From: Escherichia phage a48
Reading direction: 5' to 3' (one strand)
Sequence record: OQ067375.1
DNA length: 64,000 bases
The translations under genes were made by a program, and so were the position numbers. Below are positions 22,345 through 33,466 of the stretch, piece by piece (position 1 is the stretch's first letter; each line of letters opens with the position of its first letter). Under the pieces are notes generated by a model, which searched no databases, was not told where the DNA came from, and worked only from the letters and a program-made list of their open reading frames with translations.

Positions 22345-22679
22345 AGTAGAAAATCTAATGTATTAGTTTTTTCACAACGAACAACAGAAGGACGTAAAAG
22401 ATTTTCGTCAATGGCTTCTGACTGAATTTTTTCAATTATACCCGAAGGAATAAATTTAGCAAATTGAGTTTCAGGAATAGAGTTTTCTTCCAAGAATGCT
22501 GTCGTAGCTTCAAGATAACTCATTCCAAACTCTTCTACCATTTTTTCAATGATAAATCCATTTTCTTGACGATCGAGAAGCTTTGCTATTTCATCCTTTT
22601 CTTTCTTGATTGAAAGTTCTTTTTCTGAAAGACCGGTCTCATCGACCGGACGAATATCATTTAGAGAAAACTGTGTCAT
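22341..22679 (-). CDS. 33: gp33 late transcription co-activator
   Basis: Trimmed to MTQFSLNDIRPVDETG... (112 aa); position 59-33-dsbA. Confidence 0.75.
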   Translation of the reverse strand: MTQFSLNDIRPVDETGLSEKELSIKKEKDEIAKLLDRQENGFIIEKMVEEFGMSYLEATTAFLEENSIPETQFAKFIPSGIIEKIQSEAIDENLLRPSVVRCEKTNTLDFLL

Positions 22680-22926
22680 AAAGTTCAACTACCTCTTCAG
22701 TTTCAGCTTCAAACACATCACGGTTATCTTTATGATACAAAGCTAATAGACGATTAAACATCTTACCATCAACGCCAAGTTCATCTTTAGCACGAATTCG
22801 AATATCTTTAATCAGTTCATTATAACCGGAAATTTTCAGTTTATGATCAGATGCTTCTTTAATAAATTTAGCCAAGTCTTCGCCATGGATAGCTTCATCA
22901 AATTCAACCATTTCTTTTTTAGCCAT
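22657..22926 (-). CDS. dsbA: DsbA-like dsDNA-binding protein
   Basis: 89-aa ORF MAKKEMVEFDEAIHGEDLAKFIKEASDHKLKISGYNELIKDIRIRAKDELG... at T4 dsbA position. Confidence 0.7.
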   Translation of the reverse strand: MAKKEMVEFDEAIHGEDLAKFIKEASDHKLKISGYNELIKDIRIRAKDELGVDGKMFNRLLALYHKDNRDVFEAETEEVVELYDTVFSK

Positions 22927-22934
22927 TATTCACC

Positions 22935-23852
22935 TCAAAATTCATTAATGCTATTAGTTAATTTAGAAAGACCCGCTTTTACAAAATATGAATAAATTTT
23001 GCCACGCGGTGGTAATTTATATGAATTATAGTAATTCACAATGTTTGAAGCAATATTATCAGGAATATAATCAAAATCAATTAGAACTAAATTTTCTTTA
23101 TAACGATTATATTCAGATTCTGTGAGAAGCACCTTAGCTTGCTCACGGTCATTAGCAATAGCTTCAACGATTGAAGTTTTCATTGAAGGAGTTCGTTCAC
23201 CTTCAACTCTGGTAAACCAAAAGTCAGATCGTACTTTAACTGAAGCAACGTTATCCTTTTTGTCGCCCTTAAGGATTTTAGTCATACAGTCAATTTCAGC
23301 AGAACCGCTTTTAATTTTAACCCATTTCTTATGCATTGGTGACCATTGCTTAACATTTGGGTATTTATGAAGCTGTGTAAAGTCACCATCCGATGAAATG
23401 ATTAAAATCTTGTGTCCTTCTAAAGAGAACTTTTTAACAAGAACAGCAATGTGGTCATCTGCTTCATACTTATCAATATCCATAACAATGTATGGCATAT
23501 AAGCTTTCAATTCATCTATAACTTTATGGCTGGATTCAAAATAACCTTCCCAGTCCCAAGTAGATTCTTCTCGTGCTTTTCCACGGTTTTTCTTGTAATA
23601 GTAAGCGAAATCACGACGCCAGTATCCAGATTTCGCGTTATCAATACACAGCACAATTTTAGTGTATCCAAGCGTTTTTGCTTTTTTGACATTAAACTTA
23701 ATTGAGTTCAATATCAAATGACGAACCATCGATAAATTAATTTTTTCTTTATCTGGGAAGTTTACCAGAGCAGTTGAAAGAGCAATTTGACTAAAGTCAA
23801 TAAAGCAAATTCCTTCTTTGTAATCTTCATCCAGCATCATTTCTAAATCCAT
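22935..23852 (-). CDS. rnh: RNase H (5'-3' exonuclease, FEN-like)
   Basis: Trimmed to MDLEMMLDEDYKEGIC... (305 aa) as recalled for T4 RNase H. Confidence 0.9.
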   Translation of the reverse strand: MDLEMMLDEDYKEGICFIDFSQIALSTALVNFPDKEKINLSMVRHLILNSIKFNVKKAKTLGYTKIVLCIDNAKSGYWRRDFAYYYKKNRGKAREESTWDWEGYFESSHKVIDELKAYMPYIVMDIDKYEADDHIAVLVKKFSLEGHKILIISSDGDFTQLHKYPNVKQWSPMHKKWVKIKSGSAEIDCMTKILKGDKKDNVASVKVRSDFWFTRVEGERTPSMKTSIVEAIANDREQAKVLLTESEYNRYKENLVLIDFDYIPDNIASNIVNYYNSYKLPPRGKIYSYFVKAGLSKLTNSINEF

Positions 23853-23914
23853 ATGAACCTCGTTCAATTAGTGAGATTTCTATTATATACTATCTAAATC
23901 TTAAAGTAAACAGG

Positions 23915-23922
23915 TATAAATA
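23915..23922 (+). promoter_or_regulatory. late promoter TATAAATA for tail-fibre gene 34
   Basis: Exact TATAAATA 35 nt upstream of gene 34 ATG, with SD GGAGCC between. Confidence 0.5.
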
Positions 23923-23956
23923 CTTATTATTGAAAACACAATAGGAGCCCGGGAGA

Positions 23957-26900
23957 ATGGCCGAGATTAAAAGAAAGTTCAGAGCAGAAGATGGTCTGGA
24001 CGCAGGTGGCGATAAAATAATCAACGTAGCTTTAGCTGACCGTACCGTAGGAACTGACGGTGTTAACGTTGATTACTTAATTCAAGAAAACACAGTTCAG
24101 CAATATGATCCAACTCGTGGATATTTAAAAGATTTTGTAATCATTTATAATAATCGTTTTTGGGCAGCAACGGATAATATTCCAAAACCTGCTGGAAATT
24201 TTAATAGAATTCGTTGGAAAGCATTACGTACTGATGCCGTATATACAACCGTATCATCTGGACCATATCAATTAAAATCCGGAGAAGCAATTTCAGTAGA
24301 TACATCAGTTGGCAATGACATTGAGTTTACTTTACCACCTTCTCCGCTTGATGGAGAAACCGTAATAATTCAAGATATCGGTGGAAAACCTGGCATAAAT
24401 CAGGTTAAAATAAATTCTTCAAATCAGAGTATTGTCAATTTTAGAGGTGAACAGGTACGTTCAGTTTTAATGACTCATCCAAAGTCACAGATGATATTCA
24501 TTTTTAATAATCGTTTGTGGCAAATGTATGTTGCTGATTATAGCAGAGAAGCTGCGATTGTTACTCCATCGACTGCGTATCAAGCACAATCTAATGATTT
24601 TATCGTACGTAGATTTACTTCTGCTGCACCAATTAATGTTAAACTTCCGAGATTTGCTAATCATGGCGATATTATTAATTTCGTTGATTTAGATAAACTG
24701 AATCCACTTTATCATACAATTGTTACTACATACGATGAAACGACTTCAGTACAAGAAGTTGGAACTCATTCCATTGAAGGCCGTACATCGATTGACGGTT
24801 TCTTGATGTTTGACGATAATGAGAAATTGTGGAGATTGTTTGACGGGGATAGTAAAGCACGTTTACGCATTATAACAACTAATTCAAATATTCGTCCAAA
24901 TGAAGAAGTCATGGTATTTGGTGCGAATAATGGAACAACCCAAACAATTGAGCTTCAGCTTCCGACTGATATTTCTGTTGGTGATACTGTTAAAATTTCC
25001 ATGAATTACATGAGAAAAGGACAAACAGTTAAAATCAAAGCTGCTGGTGAAGATAAAATTGCTTCTTCAGTTCAATTGCTGCAATTCCCAAAACGTTCAG
25101 AATATCCGCCTGAAGCTGAATGGGTAACAGTTCAAGAATTAGTTTTTAATGGTGAAACTAATTATGTACCAGTTTTGCAACTTGCTTATATAGAAGATTC
25201 TGATGGAAAATACTGGGTTGTACAGCAAAACGTTCCAACTGTAGAAAGAGTAGACTCTTTAAATGCTTCTACTAGAGCAAGATTAGGCGTAATTGCTTTA
25301 GCTACACAAGCTCAAGCAAATGCTGATTTAGAAAATTCTCCGCAAAAAGAATTGGCAATTACTCCAGAAACGTTAGCTAATCGTACTGCTACTGAAACTC
25401 GCAGAGGTATTGCAAGAATAGCAACTACTGCTCAAGTAAATCAGAACACCACATTCTCTTTTGCAGATGACCTTATCATCACTCCTAAAAAGCTGAATGA
25501 AAGAACTGCTACAGAAACTCGTAGAGGTGTCGCTGAAATTGCTACGCAGCAGGAAACTAATACAGGTACTGATGATACTACAATCATCACTCCTAAAAAG
25601 CTTCAAGCTCGTCAAGGTTCTGAATCATTATCTGGTATTGTAACTTTTGTATCTACCGCAGGAGCTACTCCAGCTTCTAGTCGTGAATTAAATGGTACGA
25701 ATGTTTATAATAAAAACACTAATAATTTAGTTGTTTCACCTAAAGCTTTGGATCAGTATAAAGCTACTCCAACGCAACAAGGCGCAGTAATTTTAGCAGT
25801 TGAAAGTGAAGTAATTGCTGGACAAAGCCAAGAAGGATGGGCAAATGCGGTTGTAACGCCAGAAACGTTACATAAAAAGACATCAACTGATGCAAGAATT
25901 GGTTTAATTGAAATTGCTACACAAAGTGAAGTTAATACAGGAACTGATTATACTCGTGCAGTCACTCCTAAAACTTTAAATGACCGTAGAGCAACTGAAA
26001 GTTTAAGTGGTATAGCTGAAATTGCTACACAGGTTGAATTCGACGCAGGCGTCGACGATACTCGTATCTCTACACCATTAAAAATTAAAACCAGATTTAA
26101 TAGTACTGATCGTACTTCTGTTGTTGCTCTATCTGGATTAGTTGAATCAGGAACTCTCTGGGACCATTATACCCTTAATATTCTTGAAGCAAATGAGACA
26201 CAGCGTGGTACACTTCGTGTAGCTACACAAGTTGAAGCTGCTGCAGGAACATTAGATAATGTTTTAATAACTCCTAAAAAGCTTTTAGGTACTAAATCTA
26301 CTGAAGCACAGGAAGGTGTCATTAAAGTTGCAACTCAGTCTGAAACTGTGGCTGGAACGTCAGCAAATACTGCTGTATCTCCAAAAAATTTAAAATGGAT
26401 TGTGCAGAGTGAACCTACTTGGGCAGCTACTACTGCAATAAGAGGTTTTGTTAAAACTTCATCTGGTTCAATTACATTCGTTGGTAATGATACGGTAGGT
26501 TCAACACAGCCATTAGAATCATATGAGAAAAATGGTTATGCAGTATCACCATATGAATTAAATCGCGTATTAGCAAATTATTTGCCATTAAAAGCAAAAG
26601 CTGTAGATAGTAATTTATTAGATGGTCTAGATTCGCTCCAGTTCATTCGTAGGGACATTGCACAAACAGTTAATGGTTCACTAACCTTAACCCAACAAAC
26701 GAATCTGAGTGCCCCTCTTGTATCATCTAGTACTGCTACATTCGGTGGATCAGTTTCAGCAAATAGTACATTAACTATTTCTAATACTGGAACGGCAACT
26801 CGTCTGATTTTTGAGAAAGGACCTCAAACTGGAACAAACCCAGCTCAAACGATGACAGTCAGAGTGTGGGGAAATCAATTTAGTGGGGAATCAGACACAA

Positions 26901-27826
26901 CACGTTCTACCGTATTTGAAGTTAGTGATGAAACGTCTAGTCATTTTTATTCTCAGCGTAATAAAGCTGGAAATATAACATTTAATATCAACGGTACAGT
27001 AACACCGATAAATGTTAATGCTTCAGGAACATTGAATGCAAATGGTGTAGCAACATTTGGTAATTCAGTCACTGCAACTGGTGAAATTATTTCTCGAAGC
27101 GCAAATGCTTTCCGTGCTATTAACGGAAATTATGGTTTCATTGTTCGCAATGATGGATCAGTAACGAATTTTATGCTTACTGCATCGGGTGATCAGACTG
27201 GTGGATTTAATGGATTGCGTCCTTTAGCTATTAATAATGCATCTGGCCAAGTAACGATTGGTGAAAGCTTAATCATTGCAAAAGGTGCTACTATAAGTTC
27301 AGGCGGTTTAACTGTTAACTCGAGAATTCGTTCTCAAGGTACTAAAACTTCTGATTTATACACTCGCGCGCCAACATCTGATACAGTAGGATTCTGGTCA
27401 ATTGATATTAACGATTCAGCCACTTATAATCAATTCCCTGGTTATTTTAAAATGGTTGAAAAAACTAATGAAGTGACTGGACTTCCATATTTAGAACGCG
27501 GTGAAGAAGTTAAATCTCCTGGTACATTGACTCAGTTTGGTAACACGCTTGATTCTCTTTACCAAGATTGGATTACTTATCCAACAACTCCAGAAGCGCG
27601 TACCACTCGTTGGACGCGTACATGGCAGAAAACCAAAAACTCTTGGTCAAGTTTTGTTCAGGTATTTGACGGAGGTAACCCTCCTCAACCTTCAGATATA
27701 GGAGCAATCCCATCTGATAATGGAATAATAGGTAATCTTACTATTCGCGATTTCTTGCGAATTGGTAATGTTCGCATTATTCCTGACCCAGTGAATAAAA
27801 CTGTTAAATTTGAATGGATTGAATAA
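23957..27826 (+). CDS. 34: gp34 long tail fibre proximal subunit
   Basis: 1289-aa ORF, first of plus-strand fibre operon; internal ~40-aa repeats. Confidence 0.95.
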   Translation: MAEIKRKFRAEDGLDAGGDKIINVALADRTVGTDGVNVDYLIQENTVQQYDPTRGYLKDFVIIYNNRFWAATDNIPKPAGNFNRIRWKALRTDAVYTTVSSGPYQLKSGEAISVDTSVGNDIEFTLPPSPLDGETVIIQDIGGKPGINQVKINSSNQSIVNFRGEQVRSVLMTHPKSQMIFIFNNRLWQMYVADYSREAAIVTPSTAYQAQSNDFIVRRFTSAAPINVKLPRFANHGDIINFVDLDKLNPLYHTIVTTYDETTSVQEVGTHSIEGRTSIDGFLMFDDNEKLWRLFDGDSKARLRIITTNSNIRPNEEVMVFGANNGTTQTIELQLPTDISVGDTVKISMNYMRKGQTVKIKAAGEDKIASSVQLLQFPKRSEYPPEAEWVTVQELVFNGETNYVPVLQLAYIEDSDGKYWVVQQNVPTVERVDSLNASTRARLGVIALATQAQANADLENSPQKELAITPETLANRTATETRRGIARIATTAQVNQNTTFSFADDLIITPKKLNERTATETRRGVAEIATQQETNTGTDDTTIITPKKLQARQGSESLSGIVTFVSTAGATPASSRELNGTNVYNKNTNNLVVSPKALDQYKATPTQQGAVILAVESEVIAGQSQEGWANAVVTPETLHKKTSTDARIGLIEIATQSEVNTGTDYTRAVTPKTLNDRRATESLSGIAEIATQVEFDAGVDDTRISTPLKIKTRFNSTDRTSVVALSGLVESGTLWDHYTLNILEANETQRGTLRVATQVEAAAGTLDNVLITPKKLLGTKSTEAQEGVIKVATQSETVAGTSANTAVSPKNLKWIVQSEPTWAATTAIRGFVKTSSGSITFVGNDTVGSTQPLESYEKNGYAVSPYELNRVLANYLPLKAKAVDSNLLDGLDSLQFIRRDIAQTVNGSLTLTQQTNLSAPLVSSSTATFGGSVSANSTLTISNTGTATRLIFEKGPQTGTNPAQTMTVRVWGNQFSGESDTTRSTVFEVSDETSSHFYSQRNKAGNITFNINGTVTPINVNASGTLNANGVATFGNSVTATGEIISRSANAFRAINGNYGFIVRNDGSVTNFMLTASGDQTGGFNGLRPLAINNASGQVTIGESLIIAKGATISSGGLTVNSRIRSQGTKTSDLYTRAPTSDTVGFWSIDINDSATYNQFPGYFKMVEKTNEVTGLPYLERGEEVKSPGTLTQFGNTLDSLYQDWITYPTTPEARTTRWTRTWQKTKNSWSSFVQVFDGGNPPQPSDIGAIPSDNGIIGNLTIRDFLRIGNVRIIPDPVNKTVKFEWIE

Positions 27827-27834
27827 GAGGTATT

Positions 27835-28950
27835 ATGGAAAAATTTATGGCAGAGTTTGGACAAGGATATGTCCAAACGCCATTTTTATCGGAAAGCAAT
27901 TCAGTAAGATATAAAATAAGTATAGCGGGTTCTTGCCCGCTTTCTACAGCAGGACCATATGTTAAATTTCAAGATAATCCTGTAGGAAATCAAACATTTA
28001 GTGCAGGTCTTCATTTAAGAGTTTTTGACCCTTCTACGGGAGCATTAGTTGATAGTAAGTCATATGCTTTTTCTGCTTCAAACAATACAACATCTGCCGC
28101 TTTTGTCAGTTTCATGAATTCTTTGTCAAACAATAAACTTGTTGCTATATTAACTAGCGGAAAGGTTAATTTTCCTCCTGAAGTGGTATCTTGGTTAAGG
28201 GGAGCAGGAACTTCAGTTTTTCCATCAGATTCAGTATTGTCAAGATTTGACGTGTCATATGCTGCTTTTTACACTTCTTCTAAAAGAGCTATCGCATTAG
28301 AGCATGTTAAACTAAGTAATAGAAAAAGCACAGATGACTATCAAACTATTTTAGATGTTGTATTTGATAGTTTAGAAGACGTCGGAGCGACAGGATTTCC
28401 AAAAAGAACTTATGAAAGTGTAGAGCAATTCATGTCAGCAGTTGGTGGAACTAATAACGAAATTGCGCGATTGCCAACTTCAGCTGCTATAAGTAAACTT
28501 TCTGACTATAATTTAATTCCTGGTGATGTTCTTTATCTTAAAGCACAGTTATATGCTGATGCTGATTTACTTGATCTTGGAACTACAAACATATCCATTC
28601 GTTTTTATGATGCATCAAATGGATATATTTCCTCTACCCAAGCTGAGTTTACTGGGCAAGCTGGGTCTTGGGAATTAAAAGAAGATTATGTAGTTGTTCC
28701 TGAAAATGCAGTAGGATTTACGATATACACACAGAGAACTGCACAAGCGGGTCAAGGCGGTATGAGAAATTTAAGCTTTTCTGAAGTATCAAGAAATGGC
28801 GGCATTTCAAAACCTGCCGAATTTGGCGTCAATGGTATTCGCGTTAATTATGTCTGTGAATCGGCTTCACCTCCAGATATAATGGTACTTCCTACACAAG
28901 CCTCTTCTAAAACTGGCAAAGTGTTTGGGCAAGAATTTAGAGAAGTTTAA
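27835..28950 (+). CDS. 35: gp35 long tail fibre hinge connector
   Basis: 371-aa ORF immediately downstream of 34. Confidence 0.9.
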   Translation: MEKFMAEFGQGYVQTPFLSESNSVRYKISIAGSCPLSTAGPYVKFQDNPVGNQTFSAGLHLRVFDPSTGALVDSKSYAFSASNNTTSAAFVSFMNSLSNNKLVAILTSGKVNFPPEVVSWLRGAGTSVFPSDSVLSRFDVSYAAFYTSSKRAIALEHVKLSNRKSTDDYQTILDVVFDSLEDVGATGFPKRTYESVEQFMSAVGGTNNEIARLPTSAAISKLSDYNLIPGDVLYLKAQLYADADLLDLGTTNISIRFYDASNGYISSTQAEFTGQAGSWELKEDYVVVPENAVGFTIYTQRTAQAGQGGMRNLSFSEVSRNGGISKPAEFGVNGIRVNYVCESASPPDIMVLPTQASSKTGKVFGQEFREV

Positions 28951-28953
28951 ACT

Positions 28954-28980
28954 AAGGGAGCCTTTGGGTTCCCTTTTTCT
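28954..28980 (+). terminator. rho-independent terminator after gene 35
   Basis: AAGGGA-gcctttgggt-TCCCTT hairpin followed by TTTTTCTTT on plus strand. Confidence 0.5.
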
Positions 28981-28981
28981 T

Positions 28982-28989
28982 TATAAATA
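28982..28989 (+). promoter_or_regulatory. late promoter TATAAATA for genes 36-37-38
   Basis: Exact TATAAATA 24 nt upstream of gene 36 ATG. Confidence 0.5.
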
Positions 28990-29012
28990 ATATTAAAATA
29001 AAGGGGCATATA

Positions 29013-29663
29013 ATGGCTGATTTAAAAGTAGGTTCAACTGTTGGTGGATCTGTCATTTGGCATCAAGGAAATTTTCCATTGAATTCAGCCGGTGACGATG
29101 TACTCTACAAATCATTTAAAATATATTCAGAATATAATAAACCACAGGCAGCTGATAACGATTTCGTTTCTAAAGCTAATGGTGGTACTTACGCCGGTCC
29201 AATTACTATTAATTACGGGGTGAATAGTTATCTTCAATTAAGTAATAATGAAACCCCTATCCGAATTCGTTCTGGTGGCGGCACTGGTAATACTCTTGTA
29301 GTTGGCGGCTCTTCCGGTGGTATTAGTTTTAGACCTGCAGGTAGTGAAATCACTACTGGACAAATTACTATTACGCCAGAAGGTTTGACAACATTTACCA
29401 GGGCTGTAACGGCTCCATCGGTAACTGTTACATCTACTCCTTCCGCAGCATCTGATGTTACTCGCAAAGATTATGTTGATGGAGCAATAAATACTGTTAC
29501 AGCAAATGCAAACTCTAGGGTATTACGCTCTGGAGACACTATGACAGGAAATTTAACTGCGCCAAACCTTTTTTCACAGAATCCTGCATCTCAACCTTCA
29601 CACGTTCCACGATTTGACCAAATCGTAATTAAGGATTCTGTTCAAGATTTCGGCTATTATTAA
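29013..29663 (+). CDS. 36: gp36 long tail fibre distal connector
   Basis: 216-aa [26 protein letters not shown]... Confidence 0.9.
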   Translation: MADLKVGSTVGGSVIWHQGNFPLNSAGDDVLYKSFKIYSEYNKPQAADNDFVSKANGGTYAGPITINYGVNSYLQLSNNETPIRIRSGGGTGNTLVVGGSSGGISFRPAGSEITTGQITITPEGLTTFTRAVTAPSVTVTSTPSAASDVTRKDYVDGAINTVTANANSRVLRSGDTMTGNLTAPNLFSQNPASQPSHVPRFDQIVIKDSVQDFGYY

Positions 29664-29671
29664 GAGGACTT

Positions 29672-32617
29672 ATGGCTACTTTAAAACAAATACAATTTAA
29701 AAGAAGCAAAACTGCAGGTCAACGTCCTGCTGCTTCAGTATTAGCCGAAGGTGAATTGGCTATAAACTTAAAAGATAAAACAATTTTCACAAAAGATGAC
29801 TCAGGTAGTGTTATAGAATTAGGTTTAAAATATGGAGGAACTATAAATGGGTCTTTAGAGGTTACAGAAAATATAACTGGAACTTTAATTGGAAATTCTA
29901 GCACAGCTACTAAATTGCAAACACCTAGGAAAATTAATGGTATATCTTTTGATGGGTCAAAGGACATTACCTTAACTCCATCTGACATAAATGTCAATAG
30001 CAAAACATTTATAAAAAATAATGGCGAATTACCTACTGATGCTAATTTAGATACGTATGGGCCCATTGAAGAATATCTTGGTGTTTGGTCGAAATCTACT
30101 TCAACAAATGCGCAACCAGCAAATAAATTCCCAGAAGAAAATGCCGTAGGTGTACTAGAAGTGTTTGTGGCCGGCCAATTTGCTGGCACTCAGCGTTATA
30201 CTGTAAGATCTGGTAACGTCTATATTCGTTCCTTATCTGCTAAATGGAATGGCGTCGATGGTCCATGGGGTGTGTGGCGTAATGTTCAAGCGTCAACTCG
30301 TCCACTTTCACGAACGATTGACCTTGATAGCTTGGGAGAATTAGAACATTGTGGCTTATGGCGAAACAGTTCAAGCGCAATCGCATCATTTGATCGCCAT
30401 TATCCAGAAGAAGGATCAGCCGCACAAGGATTTTTAGAAATATTTGAAGGTGGTTTATACACGAGAACTCAGCGTTATACTACCCGCATGGGTATGGTTT
30501 ATACTCGTTGTCTCGCTGCTGCATGGGATGCTAGTGCACCTAAGTGGGAGGAATGGAAGCAGGTTGGTCATGGCACACCAGCGACTTTCTATGATGGAGA
30601 TCTGAATGATTTTAAAACTCCCGGGTTATATAATATTTTAGGCACTGATGCCGTTATTAACTGTCCTACAGGTGAAGGTTTGCCGACTGTTATTGTTGGT
30701 TTGCTGGAAGTTAAACAGCGTGCTTCTGGCGGTGCTATTTTCCAACGTTTCACTACCGCAGGAACGGGTGCAACTACTCGCGATCGTATTTTTGAGCGTG
30801 CATATACTGGTGGTGCGTGGGGTGCATGGAACGAAGTATATACATCTTATTCTCTGCCAATTACTTTGGGTATGGGTGGTATTAAAGCTCAATTAGCGGA
30901 GTTAGATTGGCAAACCTTTGATTTTGTCCCTGGTAGTATGTTTAGTGTTCCTTTGAACAAAATAAAGAATATGCCAGCAAATATGGATTGGGGCACGATT
31001 GATGGAAACCTGGTTATGTTTTCCGTTGGTCCTAGCGAACACACTGGCACAGGACGTACTGTTCAGGTTTGGCGCGGTACTGTATCCCAGACAAACTACC
31101 GTTATTTCGTTGTTCGTATCGCTGGTAATCCAGGAAGTAGGACTAATACTTGTCGCCGTGTTGTTCTTGAAGACGGATCACATACTTGGACTGCTCAACA
31201 AAACTTTAGGGGATTGCTGAATATCACTGCTGCTGTTAATCTTGGTGCTAATCAGAAAATTTCACTTGCTCCAGGAGCATATATTCAAGCCCCTGCTAGC
31301 GGTTCTGGTTCTAATACTTACGCAAATCAGAATATTACCATTGCGCCATTATATCAGGCTATTGACGATTCAAATAAAAACCAGTTTGCGCCAATTGTTA
31401 AACAGAAAAATACTGTAAGTAATATCACCTTTGCCACTGGTATGGCTATAGGTACATCCGAATATAAGATCATTGCTCAGGGTGATTTATCCGCTGATGG
31501 AACAGCAGATGGGTTAAAACAGTGGACTTTCATGCCGTCAGGTTATTTTAAATCTCCAGGGCGTGTATATGTCGGTGATGCGTTCCTTAATACAGATGGT
31601 AATATTGCCGGTTCAATCTGGAATAAATATAACAATGCGACAAATTTAGATGCTGCCTTGAATACTCGCGTAGGTAAAGGCGGTGATACGATGACAGGTC
31701 GGTTAACAATCAATGCACCTAATGATTCTATTGTATTATCAACGACTGCTAGTAATTCTTTGCATATTCGTGGTGACATAGACGGGACTGGTAACTGGTA
31801 TATTGGTAAGGGTGGTGCTGATAATTCGCTAGCATTTTATAGCTATGCTTCTCAGGCGGCAGTACATATCACAAACAATGGTGAGATTGCGTTAAACCCG
31901 CAAAATACCGCAATGGTTAACGTTAACCGTGACCGTGTACACATTAACGGTTCTGGATGGATTGCTAGACAACCGGGTGATTGGGTCAACCAATGGCGAG
32001 TAGAAGCTCCATTATTCGTTGATCATGGTTATGTTTCACAGGATTGTTATTATCCTATTCTTAAAGCAAGAAGCGTTATAACCAATCAAGGATATAGCAC
32101 CGCTGTTGACTTTGGTATGCGTCGTATTCCATCACAGTGGGGGCAAGCAATCATTCGTGTCGGATCCACGGAGGCTTCTCCTGATGCTGGACACCCACAA
32201 GCTGTGTTTGAATTCCATCATGATGGATTCTTTTATACACCAGGAAATGGTAGCTTTAGCGATGTGTATATTCGTTCTGACTCCCGTCTCAAGATTAATA
32301 AAGAAGAATTAGAATATGGAGCGGTCGAAAAAGTTTGCCGACTGAAAGTTTATATTTACGATAAAGTTAAGTCTATTAAAGACCGTAGTGTTATTAAACG
32401 TGAAGTTGGTATTATTGCTCAGGACCTTGAAAAGGAATTACCGGAAGCTGTATCTAAAGTTGAAGTTGATGGATCTGATGTTCTGACAATTTCTAACTCT
32501 GCTGTGAATGCTCTTTTAATTAAGGCTATTCAGGAAATGAGTGAAGAAATTAAAGAATTGAAAACGCCTCTCTTTACTAAAATTGCTCGCAAAATTAGTA
32601 AATATTTTAAATTCTAA
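29672..32617 (+). CDS. 37: gp37 long tail fibre distal subunit with C-terminal intramolecular-chaperone-like domain
   Basis: 981-aa ORF; N-terminus conserved with gp34/gp36 type fibres; C-terminal ~110 aa contains SDSRLK motif and coiled-coil tail. Confidence 0.9.
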   Translation: MATLKQIQFKRSKTAGQRPAASVLAEGELAINLKDKTIFTKDDSGSVIELGLKYGGTINGSLEVTENITGTLIGNSSTATKLQTPRKINGISFDGSKDITLTPSDINVNSKTFIKNNGELPTDANLDTYGPIEEYLGVWSKSTSTNAQPANKFPEENAVGVLEVFVAGQFAGTQRYTVRSGNVYIRSLSAKWNGVDGPWGVWRNVQASTRPLSRTIDLDSLGELEHCGLWRNSSSAIASFDRHYPEEGSAAQGFLEIFEGGLYTRTQRYTTRMGMVYTRCLAAAWDASAPKWEEWKQVGHGTPATFYDGDLNDFKTPGLYNILGTDAVINCPTGEGLPTVIVGLLEVKQRASGGAIFQRFTTAGTGATTRDRIFERAYTGGAWGAWNEVYTSYSLPITLGMGGIKAQLAELDWQTFDFVPGSMFSVPLNKIKNMPANMDWGTIDGNLVMFSVGPSEHTGTGRTVQVWRGTVSQTNYRYFVVRIAGNPGSRTNTCRRVVLEDGSHTWTAQQNFRGLLNITAAVNLGANQKISLAPGAYIQAPASGSGSNTYANQNITIAPLYQAIDDSNKNQFAPIVKQKNTVSNITFATGMAIGTSEYKIIAQGDLSADGTADGLKQWTFMPSGYFKSPGRVYVGDAFLNTDGNIAGSIWNKYNNATNLDAALNTRVGKGGDTMTGRLTINAPNDSIVLSTTASNSLHIRGDIDGTGNWYIGKGGADNSLAFYSYASQAAVHITNNGEIALNPQNTAMVNVNRDRVHINGSGWIARQPGDWVNQWRVEAPLFVDHGYVSQDCYYPILKARSVITNQGYSTAVDFGMRRIPSQWGQAIIRVGSTEASPDAGHPQAVFEFHHDGFFYTPGNGSFSDVYIRSDSRLKINKEELEYGAVEKVCRLKVYIYDKVKSIKDRSVIKREVGIIAQDLEKELPEAVSKVEVDGSDVLTISNSAVNALLIKAIQEMSEEIKELKTPLFTKIARKISKYFKF

Positions 32618-32653
32618 CAACAAGGGGGAAATGCCCCCTTTGGAGTATAAATT

Positions 32654-33436
32654 ATGGCAGTAGTTGGTGTTCCTGGTTGGATTGGAAGTTCAGCCGCAAA
32701 TGAAACAGGACAGCGCTGGATGAGTCAAGCGGCTAGTCAATTAAGATTGGGTGTTCCTTGCTGGATGAGTCAATTTGCAGGTCGCTCACGAGAAATTATT
32801 CACACGCTTGGAGCAGACCATAACTTCAATGGTCAATGGTTCCGAGATAGATGTTTTGAGGCAGGTAGTGCACCTATAGTGTTTAATATTACAGGTGATT
32901 TAGTATCATATTCTAAAGATGTTCCTTTATTCTTCATGTACGGAGATACACCAAATGAATATGTTCAGTTAAATATACATGGCGTAACGATGTATGGACG
33001 TGGCGGTAATGGTGGTAGCAATAGTCCTGGCTCAGCTGGAGGTCATTGTATTCAAAACGATATTGGTGGGAGACTAAGAATTAATAATGGTGGAGCTATT
33101 GCTGGCGGCGGTGGCGGCGGTGGCGGCGGATATTATTCTCCTTTTTCACAAATGAGATTAACCTTTGGCGGTGGTGGTGGGCGTCCGTTTGGTGCACCTG
33201 GCGGATCTATTGATATGCAATCAGGCGCAACTGCTGGTACTATTTCTGCACCTGGCTCAGGATCCGTGAATGGTATCTATAATGGTGGAAACGGTGGTGA
33301 AGTAGGTTCCGCGGGAGGTAGATGCAATATTCGCGGTCAAGGATCTGAATATAATGGCGGCGCTGCTGGTTATGCTGTCATAGGGTCTGCTCCAACGTGG
33401 CAAAATGTTGGAGCAATATATGGTCCAAGAGTATAA
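32654..33436 (+). CDS. 38: gp38 receptor-recognising adhesin (T2-type, glycine-rich motifs)
   Basis: 260-aa ORF with poly-Gly blocks ([38 protein letters not shown]) separating variable segments. Confidence 0.85.
   Translation: MAVVGVPGWIGSSAANETGQRWMSQAASQLRLGVPCWMSQFAGRSREIIHTLGADHNFNGQWFRDRCFEAGSAPIVFNITGDLVSYSKDVPLFFMYGDTPNEYVQLNIHGVTMYGRGGNGGSNSPGSAGGHCIQNDIGGRLRINNGGAIAGGGGGGGGGYYSPFSQMRLTFGGGGGRPFGAPGGSIDMQSGATAGTISAPGSGSVNGIYNGGNGGEVGSAGGRCNIRGQGSEYNGGAAGYAVIGSAPTWQNVGAIYGPRV
33104..33130 (+). repeat. (GGC/GGT)9 simple-sequence tract encoding Gly9 in gp38
   Basis: ggcggcggtggcggcggtggcggcgga read directly. Confidence 0.8.
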
Positions 33437-33466
33437 TGTGAATAAATACCCTTAAAAGGAGGGTCT

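Noticed and set aside
25373-25615. Minus-strand ORFs inside the plus-strand tail-fibre genes (25373..25615, 29234..29467, 29719..30189, 30240..30892, 31543..31779)
   Set aside because: Antisense to long, clearly coding fibre genes 34-37; no independent signals
32646-32653. TATAAATT immediately upstream of gene 38 as a late promoter
   Set aside because: It lies between the GGAG ribosome-binding site and the ATG, leaving no room for a leader; more likely just spacer sequence
33104-33130. GGC/GGT repeat considered as a CRISPR-like or satellite repeat
   Set aside because: It is an in-frame poly-glycine codon run inside gp38, not a spacer-repeat array; no CRISPR arrays were seen anywhere in the window
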